Notes: generated by a model from the letters alone, not told the origin. A stretch of 64,000 bases of DNA from an uncultured Porphyromonadaceae bacterium (GCA_900547555.1 URHG01000003.1:21297-85296); one strand, 5' to 3'; counted from the first letter of the stretch, positions 35,477-46,031 are shown. A program made the numbers and translations.

Positions 35477-37045
35477 ATGGCATCACACAACTCAAATATG
35501 TCGCCCCGGCAGAAGATGATAAACCTCATGTATATCGTCTTGACCGCCATGCTGGCTCTGAACGTATCGTCGGACGTACTCAACGGATTCCGCCAAGTCG
35601 AGGAGGGACTGGTACGTACGACAGAGAATGTTGCGGTACAAAACGAGTCGCTCTATGACGAACTCACCACCTACTACCGTAACAATCCCGAAAAATCGGG
35701 AGAATGGTACATGAAAGCGACAGCCGTACATCAACGTACCGACTCGCTCTATAACTACATTGCCTCGCTGAAACAACGCATCGTACGCGAAGCCGACGGG
35801 AAAAACGGCGATGTAAACAACATCGTGCGCCAAGACGATCTCGAAGCAGCCTCGTTTATCATGCTCTCGCCCACCACCAGAGAAGGGCGAAAGTTGCGCG
35901 AATCGCTCATCGGATACAGCGACATGGTAAATGAAATGATAAGTGATACGGTAAAACAACGGCTTATCAACGAATACCTTTACCCGCGTATGTCGAAGAC
36001 TGCCGTCGGAGAAAAGAAAACGACATGGGAAGAGGAGAATTTTGAAAACATGCCTGTCATAGCCGCCATCACATTGCTGACTAAAATACAAAGCGACTTA
36101 CGGTCGGCCGAAAGCGAGATTTTACACACGCTGTTAAAAAACATCGACAAAGGAGATGTACGCGTCAACCAACTCAACGCTTACGTCATACCCTCTTCCA
36201 AAACCGTGATACGAGGAGGCAAATACTCGGCCAATATCGTATTGGCTGCCATAGATACGACAATGGCTCCCGTCATCAACATCGACGGAAAGCAACTGCC
36301 CAACAGCAAAGACGGTCTCTATGAAGTAACTTGCAACCGCTCGGGGATCTACAATATCGACGGTTATCTCGAAGTTCCCCACGGCGATGGATCGTCGACC
36401 CGACATCCTTTCCATACCTCCTACACGGTCGTGGAACCGTCGGCTACCGTATCGGCCACGATGATGAATGTACTTTACGCCGGTATCGACAATCCCCTGA
36501 GCATTTCGGTTCCGGGAGTACCTAACCACTCCGTATCGGCCGCCATCAAAGGCGGACGCATAACCCGAAGCGGAGATACATGGCTGGTCCGTCCCTCGAA
36601 AGTCGGTGAAGACGTCGTCATCACCGTAACGGCCGCCATGAACGGGAAAAACCAAGTTGTCAATACGACCACGTTCAGGGTGCGCCAGTTGCCCGACCCC
36701 ATGCCTTTCATCGCATATAAAGACGAAAATGGAAACACCCAGCGATACAAAGGCGGGCGACCTTTCCCCAAAGCCCGGCTGCTTGCCGCTCCCGGTATCG
36801 AAGCAGCCATCGACGACGACCTGCTGAATGTCGAATACACGGTATTGAGTTTCGAGACTGTATTTTTCGACTCGATGGGCAACGCAATTCCCGAAGTATC
36901 GGACGGCAATAAATTTTCTCAACGACAGAAAGACAGTTTCCGCCGACTATCCCGGGGCAAACGGTTCTACATATCCCGCGTAAGGGCACTGGGCCCCGAC
37001 GGAATAGAGAGAGACCTTTCCCCCATAGAGATTATTGTAAACTGA
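35477..37045 (+). CDS. porM: T9SS motor/periplasmic shaft protein PorM/GldM
   Basis: 522 aa with the N-terminal signature SPRQKMINLMYIVLTAMLALNVS. Confidence 0.9.
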   Translation: MASHNSNMSPRQKMINLMYIVLTAMLALNVSSDVLNGFRQVEEGLVRTTENVAVQNESLYDELTTYYRNNPEKSGEWYMKATAVHQRTDSLYNYIASLKQRIVREADGKNGDVNNIVRQDDLEAASFIMLSPTTREGRKLRESLIGYSDMVNEMISDTVKQRLINEYLYPRMSKTAVGEKKTTWEEENFENMPVIAAITLLTKIQSDLRSAESEILHTLLKNIDKGDVRVNQLNAYVIPSSKTVIRGGKYSANIVLAAIDTTMAPVINIDGKQLPNSKDGLYEVTCNRSGIYNIDGYLEVPHGDGSSTRHPFHTSYTVVEPSATVSATMMNVLYAGIDNPLSISVPGVPNHSVSAAIKGGRITRSGDTWLVRPSKVGEDVVITVTAAMNGKNQVVNTTTFRVRQLPDPMPFIAYKDENGNTQRYKGGRPFPKARLLAAPGIEAAIDDDLLNVEYTVLSFETVFFDSMGNAIPEVSDGNKFSQRQKDSFRRLSRGKRFYISRVRALGPDGIERDLSPIEIIVN

Positions 37046-37071
37046 TTATAACGCATAAGTAACATACGATT

Positions 37072-38187
37072 ATGAAAATCACGGTAAAACATATTTTGGT
37101 TCTCCTCGGAGTATGTGCCATGCTGCCGATATGCGAGGCACAAAATACGGTCGTGCGCCGCAGCAGTACGGCAACGAACAGAACCGACAAAAACGGACTT
37201 ACGGTAAGGGCCAAAACACTGTATGAGACCGGTGAACCCTCCGAAGCCGATATACCCTGGACTCGCGGTATCTACCGGCAAATCGACTTGACTCAAGAAA
37301 AAAACATGCCGTTATATTATCCCGAAGAAATCATAGATGGGCAGGAAAACCTCTTCCGCGTACTGCTGGGTCTTGTCGCTTCAAATAAAATAAAGGTTTA
37401 TGAATATCTCGACGGACGGGAAATATTCACCGAAGAATACGAGGTAAAAGTGGAAGACATGCTCGAACGTTTCCATATCCTCTATGAAGTAAAAGCGGGA
37501 CGTACAGCCAAACGAAATACCTATATCATCGAAGAGAGCGATGTGCCTTGCAACGAAGTTTTGTCGTATTACGTCAAGGAAAAATGGATATTCGACCAAC
37601 GTTCCTCGACCTGCTATCCCGTCATCGAAGCAATCTGTCCGGTGCTGCACCGCGTGGGCGACTTCGGCGGGGAAGCCGTGCGTTACCCCATGTTTTGGGC
37701 CCGATACGACGATATACGTCCCTACTTGGCACAGCACTATATCATTACCGACAACATGAATAACGTTCGCAACTACACATACGATGATTTCTTCAAACTG
37801 CGCATGTTTGCCGGTGAAATATACAAAACTCAAAATCTGCAAAATATGTCGCTCGTACAGCTCTATCCGACTCCCGAAGCACAGGATAGTGCCCGGAAAG
37901 TAATAGAGAGGCAGTTGCAACAGTTCGACCGCAGCTTATGGGTAGCCGAGGAGAGTGAAACTGTCCCAGAACAAGCTCCCAAAAGCAAAACCGAAGAAAA
38001 CAAAAGCCATACGGAACCTGTCGACAATAATGCCGAGGAGCCGGCTCAAGTAAAATCGACACGCTCGTCGAGAGGATCGACCCAAAGTACCGTGTCGAAA
38101 ACAAAATCAAAAAGCCCGAAAAAATCGGTAAAACAACGCAGCAGCCGCAGCTCGGCCCCGACCTATTCGGTACGACGCACACGATAA
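37072..38187 (+). CDS. porN: T9SS ring protein PorN/GldN with basic Ser/Lys-rich C-terminal tail
   Basis: 371 aa with a signal peptide. It is the last gene of the porPKLMN block. The tail reads STRSSRGSTQSTVSKTKSKSPKKSVKQRSSRSS. Confidence 0.85.
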   Translation: MKITVKHILVLLGVCAMLPICEAQNTVVRRSSTATNRTDKNGLTVRAKTLYETGEPSEADIPWTRGIYRQIDLTQEKNMPLYYPEEIIDGQENLFRVLLGLVASNKIKVYEYLDGREIFTEEYEVKVEDMLERFHILYEVKAGRTAKRNTYIIEESDVPCNEVLSYYVKEKWIFDQRSSTCYPVIEAICPVLHRVGDFGGEAVRYPMFWARYDDIRPYLAQHYIITDNMNNVRNYTYDDFFKLRMFAGEIYKTQNLQNMSLVQLYPTPEAQDSARKVIERQLQQFDRSLWVAEESETVPEQAPKSKTEENKSHTEPVDNNAEEPAQVKSTRSSRGSTQSTVSKTKSKSPKKSVKQRSSRSSAPTYSVRRTR

Positions 38188-38212
38188 TCCGTTACCTGAT
38201 GTCCACATAACT

Positions 38213-38244
38213 AAAAAGCCGCCTCAGACGAGACGGCTTTTTTA
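38213..38244 (+). terminator. Rho-independent terminator of the por operon
   Basis: Stem aaaagccgcctc / gagacggctttt (1 mismatch), loop agac, then a T-run. Confidence 0.65.
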
Positions 38245-38294
38245 TTCAACCATATAAATAAAAGCAAAAAACGTTCTTTTCAAAAAAGAATAGC

Positions 38295-38302
38295 TACATT
38301 TG
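38295..38302 (+). promoter_or_regulatory. Candidate -7 box (TACATTTG)
   Basis: Exact TAnnTTTG match 79 nt upstream of the ATG at 38381. Confidence 0.35.
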
Positions 38303-38380
38303 TAAATATCGTTTACCGACATTTCTCCGAAAGAACGTATTTCCGGAAACAAATCGATAAATACACGAAAATCCTATCGT

Positions 38381-38872
38381 ATGAAAAAAATCATCAATCC
38401 GTGGTTACACAAAGAAGGGTACTATTGTTTCGGTTGTGCCCCCAACAATGAAGCCGGCGTAAAAATGGAATTTTATGAAGACGGCGACGATGTGGTAAGT
38501 ATTTGGAAGCCGGAGGCCAAATATCAAGGCTGGATCAATACCCTGCATGGAGGCATACAAGCGGTTTTGCTCGATGAAATATGCGCATGGGTCATTCTAC
38601 GGAAATTGCAAACGACCGGTGTAACATCGAAAATGGAAACTCGCTATATGAAGTCGATCGATACGACCGACCCGTACGTTACATTACGCGCCCATATCGT
38701 CGAGCAAAAACGGAACATCATTATTCTCGAAGCAACGATATGTAATTGTAAGGGTGAATTGTGTACCAAAGCCGTATGTACTTACTTCACTTTCGCTCCG
38801 GAAAAAGCTCACAGTGAAATGCAATTTCTCGGTTGTGAAACCGATAGTGAAGAGGTCGATCCTCTACCTTAA
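38381..38872 (+). CDS. PaaI-type hotdog-fold thioesterase
   Basis: 163 aa. It has an N-terminal CxxC (YYCFGC) and the hotdog core TLHGGIQAVLLDEICAW. Confidence 0.6.
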   Translation: MKKIINPWLHKEGYYCFGCAPNNEAGVKMEFYEDGDDVVSIWKPEAKYQGWINTLHGGIQAVLLDEICAWVILRKLQTTGVTSKMETRYMKSIDTTDPYVTLRAHIVEQKRNIIILEATICNCKGELCTKAVCTYFTFAPEKAHSEMQFLGCETDSEEVDPLP

Positions 38873-38983
38873 ACACACGGCTTGAAGGTCGCTTACATAC
38901 AACCTTTTACTCTGCCTGCAATTGGCTTTTCATCACTCAAAAGACTCCGTGAGACTCCGCTCATTCGACCGAAATGGCAGGCT

Positions 38984-39301
38984 TGTCATTCTGAATGCCG
39001 CGTAAACGGAATGAAGAATACCAAGTCAAGTGCAATGTCATTCTGAACGGAACGCAGTGAAGTGAAGAATCCCTATCCGACGATCAGAGATTCCTCATAT
39101 ACGTTCGGAATGACAACGACTGTCATTCCGAGGTGCGGAGCGCCGAAGAATCTCAACCGATGAATTAGGTTGTCATGCTGAGCGATAGCGAAGCATCTCC
39201 GCCTAAACGAGCAAAAGCATGAGATCCCTCACACCGCCCGCGACGGGTTCGGGATGACATAGAGATTCCTCGTCGACCCATCGGCCTCGCTCGGAATGAT
39301 A
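38984..39301. repeat. Mosaic array E of short structured repeat units (7 units)
   Basis: Units lie at 38984-39022, 39036-39073, 39087-39115 (rev), 39121-39154, 39171-39199, 39221-39259 (rev) and 39262-39301 (rev). The array sits between the convergent 3' ends of the thioesterase and sugar-transferase genes. Confidence 0.85.
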
Positions 39302-39470
39302 TAAAAAAACACCATCGCTTCAAGAAGCAAAATACAGAGGATTCTCCAAGTAAGGCGCGTCTTTAAAGACACTCATGCCTGATCTTATCGTCGATACATA
39401 CATGTAAAAAACATACAATTATCCGATAAAATCTTCACGATCGACACCCGGTACAAAACAACTAAAAACG

Positions 39471-39501
39471 AAAACCCGCTTTCTCAATGAAAGCGGGTTT
39501 T
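39471..39501 (-). terminator. Rho-independent terminator of the sugar transferase gene (bidirectional shape)
   Basis: 12-bp stem aaaacccgcttt / aaagcgggtttt, loop ctcaatg. The minus strand is followed by CGTTTTT. Confidence 0.65.
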
Positions 39502-39527
39502 CCAATTCCTTCTTCAATGCAATTATC

Positions 39528-40937
39528 CTAATAGGCTTTTTCTTCGCCATGAATCATATTGGTTGCTGTCTTGATCATGATACGAATATCGAGCCAAAAG
39601 TTCCAATGCTCGATATACCAAATATCGGCCTGTACCCGACCGGCCATTTCCGAGAGCTCTCTTGTTTCTCCTCGAAACCCATTGACCTGAGCCCAACCGG
39701 TAATACCGGGCTTGACAAAATGACGCACCATGTAACGGTCGATAAGACGGGCATACTCTTCATTGTGTTTGAGCATGTGCGGACGCGGACCGACCAAACT
39801 CATATCGCCCTTGAATACATTTATAAACTGAGGTAACTCATCGAGGTTGGTTCGACGTAAAAAGTCTCCCACTTTGGTTTTGCGGGGATCGTCTTTCGTT
39901 GCCTGCAAAGTATCGCTTTGGGCATTGACCTTCATACTGCGGAACTTTATACATTCGAAAACTTTTCCGTCCAACCCGTTCCGTTTCTGCTTAAAATAAA
40001 CTGGCCCCTTCGACGACAATTTAATGGCGATTCCCACGAAAATATAAATAAACGGATATATCGTACACAGGAAAAGCCCCGAAACGATAATATCGAAAAG
40101 ACGCTTTTCAAAGCGTTTGCCGGGGCTGCTCAACGGTTCGCGCCGTATGGCCAACACGACAACATCATCGAATGTTTCCATGACCATATTTCGTTTCAGG
40201 TAATTACGCAAATTGGGAACACTGTAAAACCGTATGAGATTCCCTTCGCAATAATCGATTATAGGCAATATATCATTGGCTCTGTTCGACGTCAATCCGC
40301 AATATACCTCCCCTATATTTTTATGGTCTCCCAACCACGGTAAAGCATCGGCGACATTACCCAACCTTACAACGCCCGAAGGAAATCCGACCAACTCTTT
40401 ATCCGAAAACACTCCGATGAGATTATATCCCATAAACGAGACTTGCATCATTTGAGCAATCTCTTTCAGGTTATCACCTTCCCCGACAATCACCACATTG
40501 ACGATATCCCGCCGTCTGATTCGTAAATTCTGAACCACTCGACGCAAAAACAGACGTTCGAGAGAGAGAAATATAAATAACAATACATAATAAATCGCCA
40601 TGATTTTCCATGACCGGGACAAAGTCATGTTCATATAGGAAAGAAAAGCGATGATGAGAAAATGGTCGACAACGACACGCACGACCCTCGCCAAAACATT
40701 CTCGGCCCGTACAATACGGTTGAACAAAACAACTCCTGCCAACTTATAGCAAATGATATAAAAAACATTCACCGCAATCCAATAATGCGGATCGGTAAGA
40801 TCGAGAATATGCCACGACAAACAATCGCTTAATGCATAAAGCGCCCAATACAAACCGTTCACGACAAGCAGGTCGGCAAACAATACAATAAGTTTGTAAT
40901 ACGGATAATTCCGTGTCGACGAGTAACTGTTGAGCAT
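39528..40937 (-). CDS. WbaP/WcaJ-like undecaprenyl-phosphate hexose-1-phosphate transferase (polyisoprenyl-phosphate priming glycosyltransferase)
   Basis: 469 aa. It has N-terminal TM helices, a central nucleotide-binding-like domain, and a C-terminal bacterial sugar transferase domain (KRLFDIIVSGL.., DELPQFINV, LVGPRP, PGITGWAQVNG). Confidence 0.85.
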   Translation of the reverse strand: MLNSYSSTRNYPYYKLIVLFADLLVVNGLYWALYALSDCLSWHILDLTDPHYWIAVNVFYIICYKLAGVVLFNRIVRAENVLARVVRVVVDHFLIIAFLSYMNMTLSRSWKIMAIYYVLLFIFLSLERLFLRRVVQNLRIRRRDIVNVVIVGEGDNLKEIAQMMQVSFMGYNLIGVFSDKELVGFPSGVVRLGNVADALPWLGDHKNIGEVYCGLTSNRANDILPIIDYCEGNLIRFYSVPNLRNYLKRNMVMETFDDVVVLAIRREPLSSPGKRFEKRLFDIIVSGLFLCTIYPFIYIFVGIAIKLSSKGPVYFKQKRNGLDGKVFECIKFRSMKVNAQSDTLQATKDDPRKTKVGDFLRRTNLDELPQFINVFKGDMSLVGPRPHMLKHNEEYARLIDRYMVRHFVKPGITGWAQVNGFRGETRELSEMAGRVQADIWYIEHWNFWLDIRIMIKTATNMIHGEEKAY

Positions 40938-41557
40938 ACGTTTAGTTTTTGTTCGTTATTTCTCCGTCCCGGGTTATCTCCTTTCCAAGACAGATATTCT
41001 TTTCATTCTATTAAATCCTACACTTATAACCATAAAACAATATGGTTGTTCCTCTTTCCCTAAATACAGATACCCGACTACACCGAATGCTTCCGTCGAA
41101 GCATTATATACCACACATTCAGCACTCCACGTTTTTCCCAATATAAATATCTGCAAATAATAGAGCAAAAATACAAATCAAAAGAGATTTTTACAAGAAT
41201 CGTCCCCTTTATTTTTATAAAAACTGTTTTTCATACCATTCCGAAAAGCTCGTAAAGGCAACCAAACGATGAAAGAAACCTCCTTATTTTTAACAATATG
41301 GATTCTCTTTTTCGGGGAAAAGCCCCTTTCGAGGTATCTGCTGGAAACAAATTTAATAAAAAAGAGACTTCTAAAAGTCGAAAAATGTATAAAGCTTAGC
41401 CCATAATACAAGGAATGTATGGTACTTTCGGAATAAATTCCTATCTTAGCTACATATCTGTTCTCCATATCATAAAGAACGGATCTATAAAAATGTAGAA
41501 CCGGACTATCCTGACGGAAACTCTAAGCCGGTTCGTCCACAAAAAATACTCGCAATT

Positions 41558-43234
41558 ATGGGAAATCAAGTAGAAATCATCTGTAAAAATAACGGAAAAA
41601 CCCTTCTCGTCGATGAAGGGACAGCTCTTATCGACATATATAAAACAGCCGGTGTAGAGCTGCCGTATCAGGTCTTATGCGCACAAGTAAATAACCGTAC
41701 CCGGGATTTGTCATACCGGGTGTATCAACCCAAACAGGTCATGTTTGCGGACGCCTCGCACATCATGGGTATGCGCATGTACATACGCTCGCTCTGCTTC
41801 ATCCTATACAAAGCGGTTACTGAACTGTTTCCCGGGACACGCCTCCGCATCGAACATTCGGTCTCGAACGGCTATTTCTGTTGTCTGAACCAACGGGAAG
41901 AAATACCCCATGACACCGTGAAATTACTGAAAGAACGCATGCGCGAAATCATTAGGCGGGATCTGCCGTTCGAGCGCATACAATCGACAGCCGAAGTCGC
42001 CGCAGAACATTTCAGGGGACAGGATATGAGCGATAAGATAGACCTCATAGAAACACTGCACCCCCTTTATGCAACGTATTACAAACTCGGGAATCTGTAC
42101 GACGTATATTACGAATACCTGTTGCCGTCGACGGGATACCTGAAAGTTTTCGACCTCATAAAATACCACGACGGCATGTTGCTCATACCGCCCAAAAGAA
42201 AAAATCCCGATGAGTTATCAGAGGTCGTCCCACAAGATAAAATGTTCAATGTATTCAAAGACAACCTGAAAATAAGTGAAATCGTGGGCCTGAACAATGT
42301 CGGGGATATGAATCGTGCCATATTGCGCCATACATCGGGCGACCTGATAAAAGTTACCGAGGCTTTGCATGAAAAACAGATTTCCCGCATAGCCGACCAA
42401 ATTACCGCCCGGCATAACAGCCAAGAAGGTGGCGCCCGCATCATTCTCATCTCCGGTCCTTCGTCGTCGGGGAAAACGACTTTTTCCAAAAGGTTGTCGA
42501 TACAGCTCATGACCAATCTGCTGATACCTATCACTATATCGCTCGACAACTATTTCCTCGATCGGGAACAAACTCCCCGGGACGAGAACGGCGACTACGA
42601 CTACGAATCATTATACGCTCTCGATTTGGAATTATTCAACCGGCAACTCAATGATTTATTACAAGGAAAAGAGGTAAGCCTGCCCACTTATAATTTCGAG
42701 ACCGGGAAAAAAGAGTATCGGGGCAACACATTAAAGATGAAAGATTCGGACGTTTTGGTTCTGGAAGGCATACATGCCCTGAATCCCGCACTGACCCCGA
42801 ATATCGAGGAACGTCAAAAATTCCTCATCTACGTATCGGCCCTGACCACCCTCTCCATCGATGACCACAGTTGGATACCGACTGCCGACAACCGCCTGCT
42901 GCGACGCATCATCAGAGACGTAAAATACAGGGGTACATCGGCACAAAAAACCATAGCCCGCTGGGCCAGTGTGCGGGCCGGTGAAGAGAAATGGATTTTT
43001 CCCTATCAGGAAAACGCCGATGCCATGTTCAATTCTTCTCTGCTATTCGAATTGGCTGTCATCAAGCAGCAGGCCGTACCGGCCCTGATGTCGGTTCCCG
43101 AAAACAGTTCCGAATACGACACGGCAAAACATTTGTTAAAACAACTCTATTATTTTCTCCCGCTCGAAGAAAATGAAATACCTTCGACCTCGCTTTTACG
43201 AGAATTCCTCGGAGGCAGCAGTTTCATTTATTAA
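41558..43234 (+). CDS. Nucleoside (uridine-type) kinase with N-terminal TGS-like and ThrRS-second-domain-like extension
   Basis: 558 aa. The P-loop ISGPSSSGKTTFSKRL is followed by a uridine kinase / phosphoribulokinase-like domain. Confidence 0.6.
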   Translation: MGNQVEIICKNNGKTLLVDEGTALIDIYKTAGVELPYQVLCAQVNNRTRDLSYRVYQPKQVMFADASHIMGMRMYIRSLCFILYKAVTELFPGTRLRIEHSVSNGYFCCLNQREEIPHDTVKLLKERMREIIRRDLPFERIQSTAEVAAEHFRGQDMSDKIDLIETLHPLYATYYKLGNLYDVYYEYLLPSTGYLKVFDLIKYHDGMLLIPPKRKNPDELSEVVPQDKMFNVFKDNLKISEIVGLNNVGDMNRAILRHTSGDLIKVTEALHEKQISRIADQITARHNSQEGGARIILISGPSSSGKTTFSKRLSIQLMTNLLIPITISLDNYFLDREQTPRDENGDYDYESLYALDLELFNRQLNDLLQGKEVSLPTYNFETGKKEYRGNTLKMKDSDVLVLEGIHALNPALTPNIEERQKFLIYVSALTTLSIDDHSWIPTADNRLLRRIIRDVKYRGTSAQKTIARWASVRAGEEKWIFPYQENADAMFNSSLLFELAVIKQQAVPALMSVPENSSEYDTAKHLLKQLYYFLPLEENEIPSTSLLREFLGGSSFIY

Positions 43235-43243
43235 AAACGGATT

Positions 43244-43873
43244 ATGCGTACAGATATAGATGCCGTATTTACCGACTTCGGAGGTGTTCTCCTCCATTTG
43301 GACTTCAATCGGTGTTTCGATGCATTCCATCGGCTGGGAGTGGAAACACCGAAAGAAATACTTTTCAAGTCTCCCGAATTTGTCCACCTGATGCGAAACC
43401 TCGAAACAGGACAAATAGAAGGCGAAGATTTTTTCAACGGCTTACGGGACTTATTACATATCCGTGCCGATAATACCCAGATACGTTCGGCATGGAATAC
43501 GATCATCGGAACCATACCCGAATATAAACTGAAAGTCTTGCGCGAAATACGCCGGCACCACCAGCTCTATATGGTCAGCAACACCAATGCTCCGCATTTC
43601 GACTACACCCGTCAAATCCTTTTCCGAGAAGACGGGCTGACGGTAGACGATTACTTCGACAAGCTCTATTTATCCCACGAAATCCATGCAGTAAAGCCAG
43701 AAGCAGAATTCTACCTCAAAATTCTGAACGACAGCGGCGAAAATCCGTCGAGAAGTATTTTTCTCGACGATCTTCCCGCCAACATACAGGGTGCCGAGAA
43801 AGCGGGGTTCAAAGCATATCTGATCGATCCAGAGGAAGATCTGAGGAAAAAGATAACGGAAATATTGGCATAA
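43244..43873 (+). CDS. HAD superfamily hydrolase (subfamily IA-like)
   Basis: 209 aa. Motif I is FTDFGGVL, motif II is SNTN, and the motif IV region is FLDD. Confidence 0.7.
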   Translation: MRTDIDAVFTDFGGVLLHLDFNRCFDAFHRLGVETPKEILFKSPEFVHLMRNLETGQIEGEDFFNGLRDLLHIRADNTQIRSAWNTIIGTIPEYKLKVLREIRRHHQLYMVSNTNAPHFDYTRQILFREDGLTVDDYFDKLYLSHEIHAVKPEAEFYLKILNDSGENPSRSIFLDDLPANIQGAEKAGFKAYLIDPEEDLRKKITEILA

Positions 43874-43928
43874 TAGGAGAAAATGAGCTATCTTCGTTTT
43901 CGGAATAGAATCACAGAGAAGCGCTGCC

Positions 43929-45389
43929 ATGCTCAAGCAAGAACAAAAATTACAACAACGACAGACCTTATCTCCTCAACAAATACAGGCGATACGTCTT
44001 CTCGAATTGCCGGAGATAGAGCTGGAAGAGCAAATCAAACAAGAACTCATCGACAATCCCGCTCTCGATGAAGGAGAAGAACATACCTCACCCGAAGATG
44101 AAGGCGATACGACATCGGAAGGTAATGAAGATTCTTCTTCGGACGAAAGCGCCGAAGATTTGATGATGGGCGACTATAACAATAACGACGAAATACCGTC
44201 ATATCTCGATCGGGAACTGCCGGGAGAAAACTCGCCCCGCGAAGAAATTCCCGTTTCGGGTGGTACGACCTTCCACGATTATTTGCTGGAACAGCTGTAC
44301 CTGAGAGACCTCTCTGACCAAGACAAACAAGTTGCCGAATACATTATCGGAAACATCGACGATAACGGATATTTACAACGCACCCTACCGGCTATATCGG
44401 ACGATTTGATGTTCCAAGTAGGACTCGACATACGGGTCGAAAAACTGGGAGAGCTTCTACAAATCATTCAAGACTTCGACCCCGCCGGCGTGGGAGCATC
44501 GGACTTGCAGGAATGCTTGAAACTCCAACTCGAACGCCGACGCGGAACAACCGCAGCTCAACTGGCCTATGAAATTATAGATAAGGCATTCGAAGCATTC
44601 GGCAAGCGGCATTACGAAAAGATACAGCGTCAATTCAACATATCCGAATCCGACCTGAAAGCCGCCATACAAGAAATATCCCTACTCAACCCCAAGCCGG
44701 GAAGCAGTTGGAACGATTCGTTCTCGGAAAGCATGACTCATATCAGCCCCGATTTTATCGTCGACGAAAACGACGGCGAACTTGTTTTATCATTAAACAA
44801 CAGCAATATTCCCGCATTACGCATAAGCCGCAACTATAACGAGATGCTGAGCGACTATACGGGAAACAAAGCCAATCAGACACGCGAAAAACGAGATGCG
44901 CTCCTATTTATCAAGCAAAAAATAGACTCGGCACAATCATTTATCAACGCCATACAACAAAGGCAACAGACTTTATTGGCAACCATGCAGGCCATACTCG
45001 ACCGGCAACGGGAGTTTTTCCTTACAGGAGACGAAAGCCGTCTGCGCCCCATGATTTTGCGCGATATTGCCGAACAGACGGGCTATGACATATCGACCAT
45101 CTCCCGCGCAACGAGTAATAAATATGTACAGACCCAGTTCGGAATATATCCGTTGAAATATTTCTTTTCGGAATCGATGCAAAATGAGTCGGGAGAAGAA
45201 TTTTCGTCTCGGGAAATCAAAAAGATATTACAAGAAAGCATAGCAAACGAAGATAAACGCACTCCGCTTACCGATGACAAACTGTGCGAACTACTGAAAG
45301 AGCAAGGCTATGCCATAGCCCGACGCACCGTAGCCAAATACCGGGAACAGTTGGGATTGCCTGTTGCCCGTTTGAGAAAAGTCATATAA
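43929..45389 (+). CDS. rpoN: RNA polymerase sigma-54 factor
   Basis: 486 aa. Region I is Gln-rich (MLKQEQKLQQRQTLSPQQIQ), followed by an acidic region II and the C-terminal RpoN box ARRTVAKYR. Confidence 0.92.
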   Translation: MLKQEQKLQQRQTLSPQQIQAIRLLELPEIELEEQIKQELIDNPALDEGEEHTSPEDEGDTTSEGNEDSSSDESAEDLMMGDYNNNDEIPSYLDRELPGENSPREEIPVSGGTTFHDYLLEQLYLRDLSDQDKQVAEYIIGNIDDNGYLQRTLPAISDDLMFQVGLDIRVEKLGELLQIIQDFDPAGVGASDLQECLKLQLERRRGTTAAQLAYEIIDKAFEAFGKRHYEKIQRQFNISESDLKAAIQEISLLNPKPGSSWNDSFSESMTHISPDFIVDENDGELVLSLNNSNIPALRISRNYNEMLSDYTGNKANQTREKRDALLFIKQKIDSAQSFINAIQQRQQTLLATMQAILDRQREFFLTGDESRLRPMILRDIAEQTGYDISTISRATSNKYVQTQFGIYPLKYFFSESMQNESGEEFSSREIKKILQESIANEDKRTPLTDDKLCELLKEQGYAIARRTVAKYREQLGLPVARLRKVI

Positions 45390-45398
45390 TATTGCGAC

Positions 45399-46022
45399 AT
45401 GAAAAAATCGGCACAAATACTATCTGTCATATTTCACCCTTACCTCCTGCCCCTTTACGGCGGGGCCCTGATCGTATCGTACAGTTTTCTCGAAATACTC
45501 CCCGTCTCGATCAGACTACTCATCGTCAGCGGGATTTTTCTCTTTTCGGGAATTCTACCCATGCTGTTCCACCTTACCCTTTCGCTGTTCTATCTGAACA
45601 AAAGTGAAAAGAAACCGTATGTACGGCTTACCGAAATCCTGCTATACACCGTATTTCTCGTCTTCGCCGCCATATATCTGCATAAACTCAATCTGCCGTA
45701 CTGGACACAAGGATACTTGGCCGGTGCAGCATTATCTTCGGCACTTACATGGATTATCAATATCTCGGGCTGGCGCATCAGTTTCTTTATGAACAGTCTG
45801 GGGGCTTTAATGGGACTGGTTGTCATGATGTCTCTCGTACACTCCCCCATACCCATAGGCCCGTTTATCGCTCTGATAGTCATTACGGGTGTGATGGGCA
45901 CCGCCCGCCAACTGCTCGACCGAAATACAGTCGCCCAAATCATGACCGGCTGGATATGCGGCCTCATCTGCGTTCTTCTTGTAACTCAACTTTTCCGATA
46001 TAATTTATTTTCATTTACATAA
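45399..46022 (+). CDS. Polytopic membrane protein of unknown function (possibly a degenerate PAP2-like fold)
   Basis: 207 aa with six hydrophobic segments. The C-terminal ARQLLDRNTVAQIMTG loosely resembles the PAP2 SRxxxxxHxxxD motif but lacks the His and Asp. Confidence 0.5.
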   Translation: MKKSAQILSVIFHPYLLPLYGGALIVSYSFLEILPVSIRLLIVSGIFLFSGILPMLFHLTLSLFYLNKSEKKPYVRLTEILLYTVFLVFAAIYLHKLNLPYWTQGYLAGAALSSALTWIINISGWRISFFMNSLGALMGLVVMMSLVHSPIPIGPFIALIVITGVMGTARQLLDRNTVAQIMTGWICGLICVLLVTQLFRYNLFSFT

Positions 46023-46031
46023 ACACACAAT

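Noticed and set aside
41178-41468. 96-aa minus-strand ORF in the long AT-rich region upstream of the WbaP-like gene
   Set aside because: It lies in AT-rich sequence where long ORFs arise by chance. The peptide is of low information (F/I/K/S-rich). I see no signal peptide, motif or promoter box in a sensible position.
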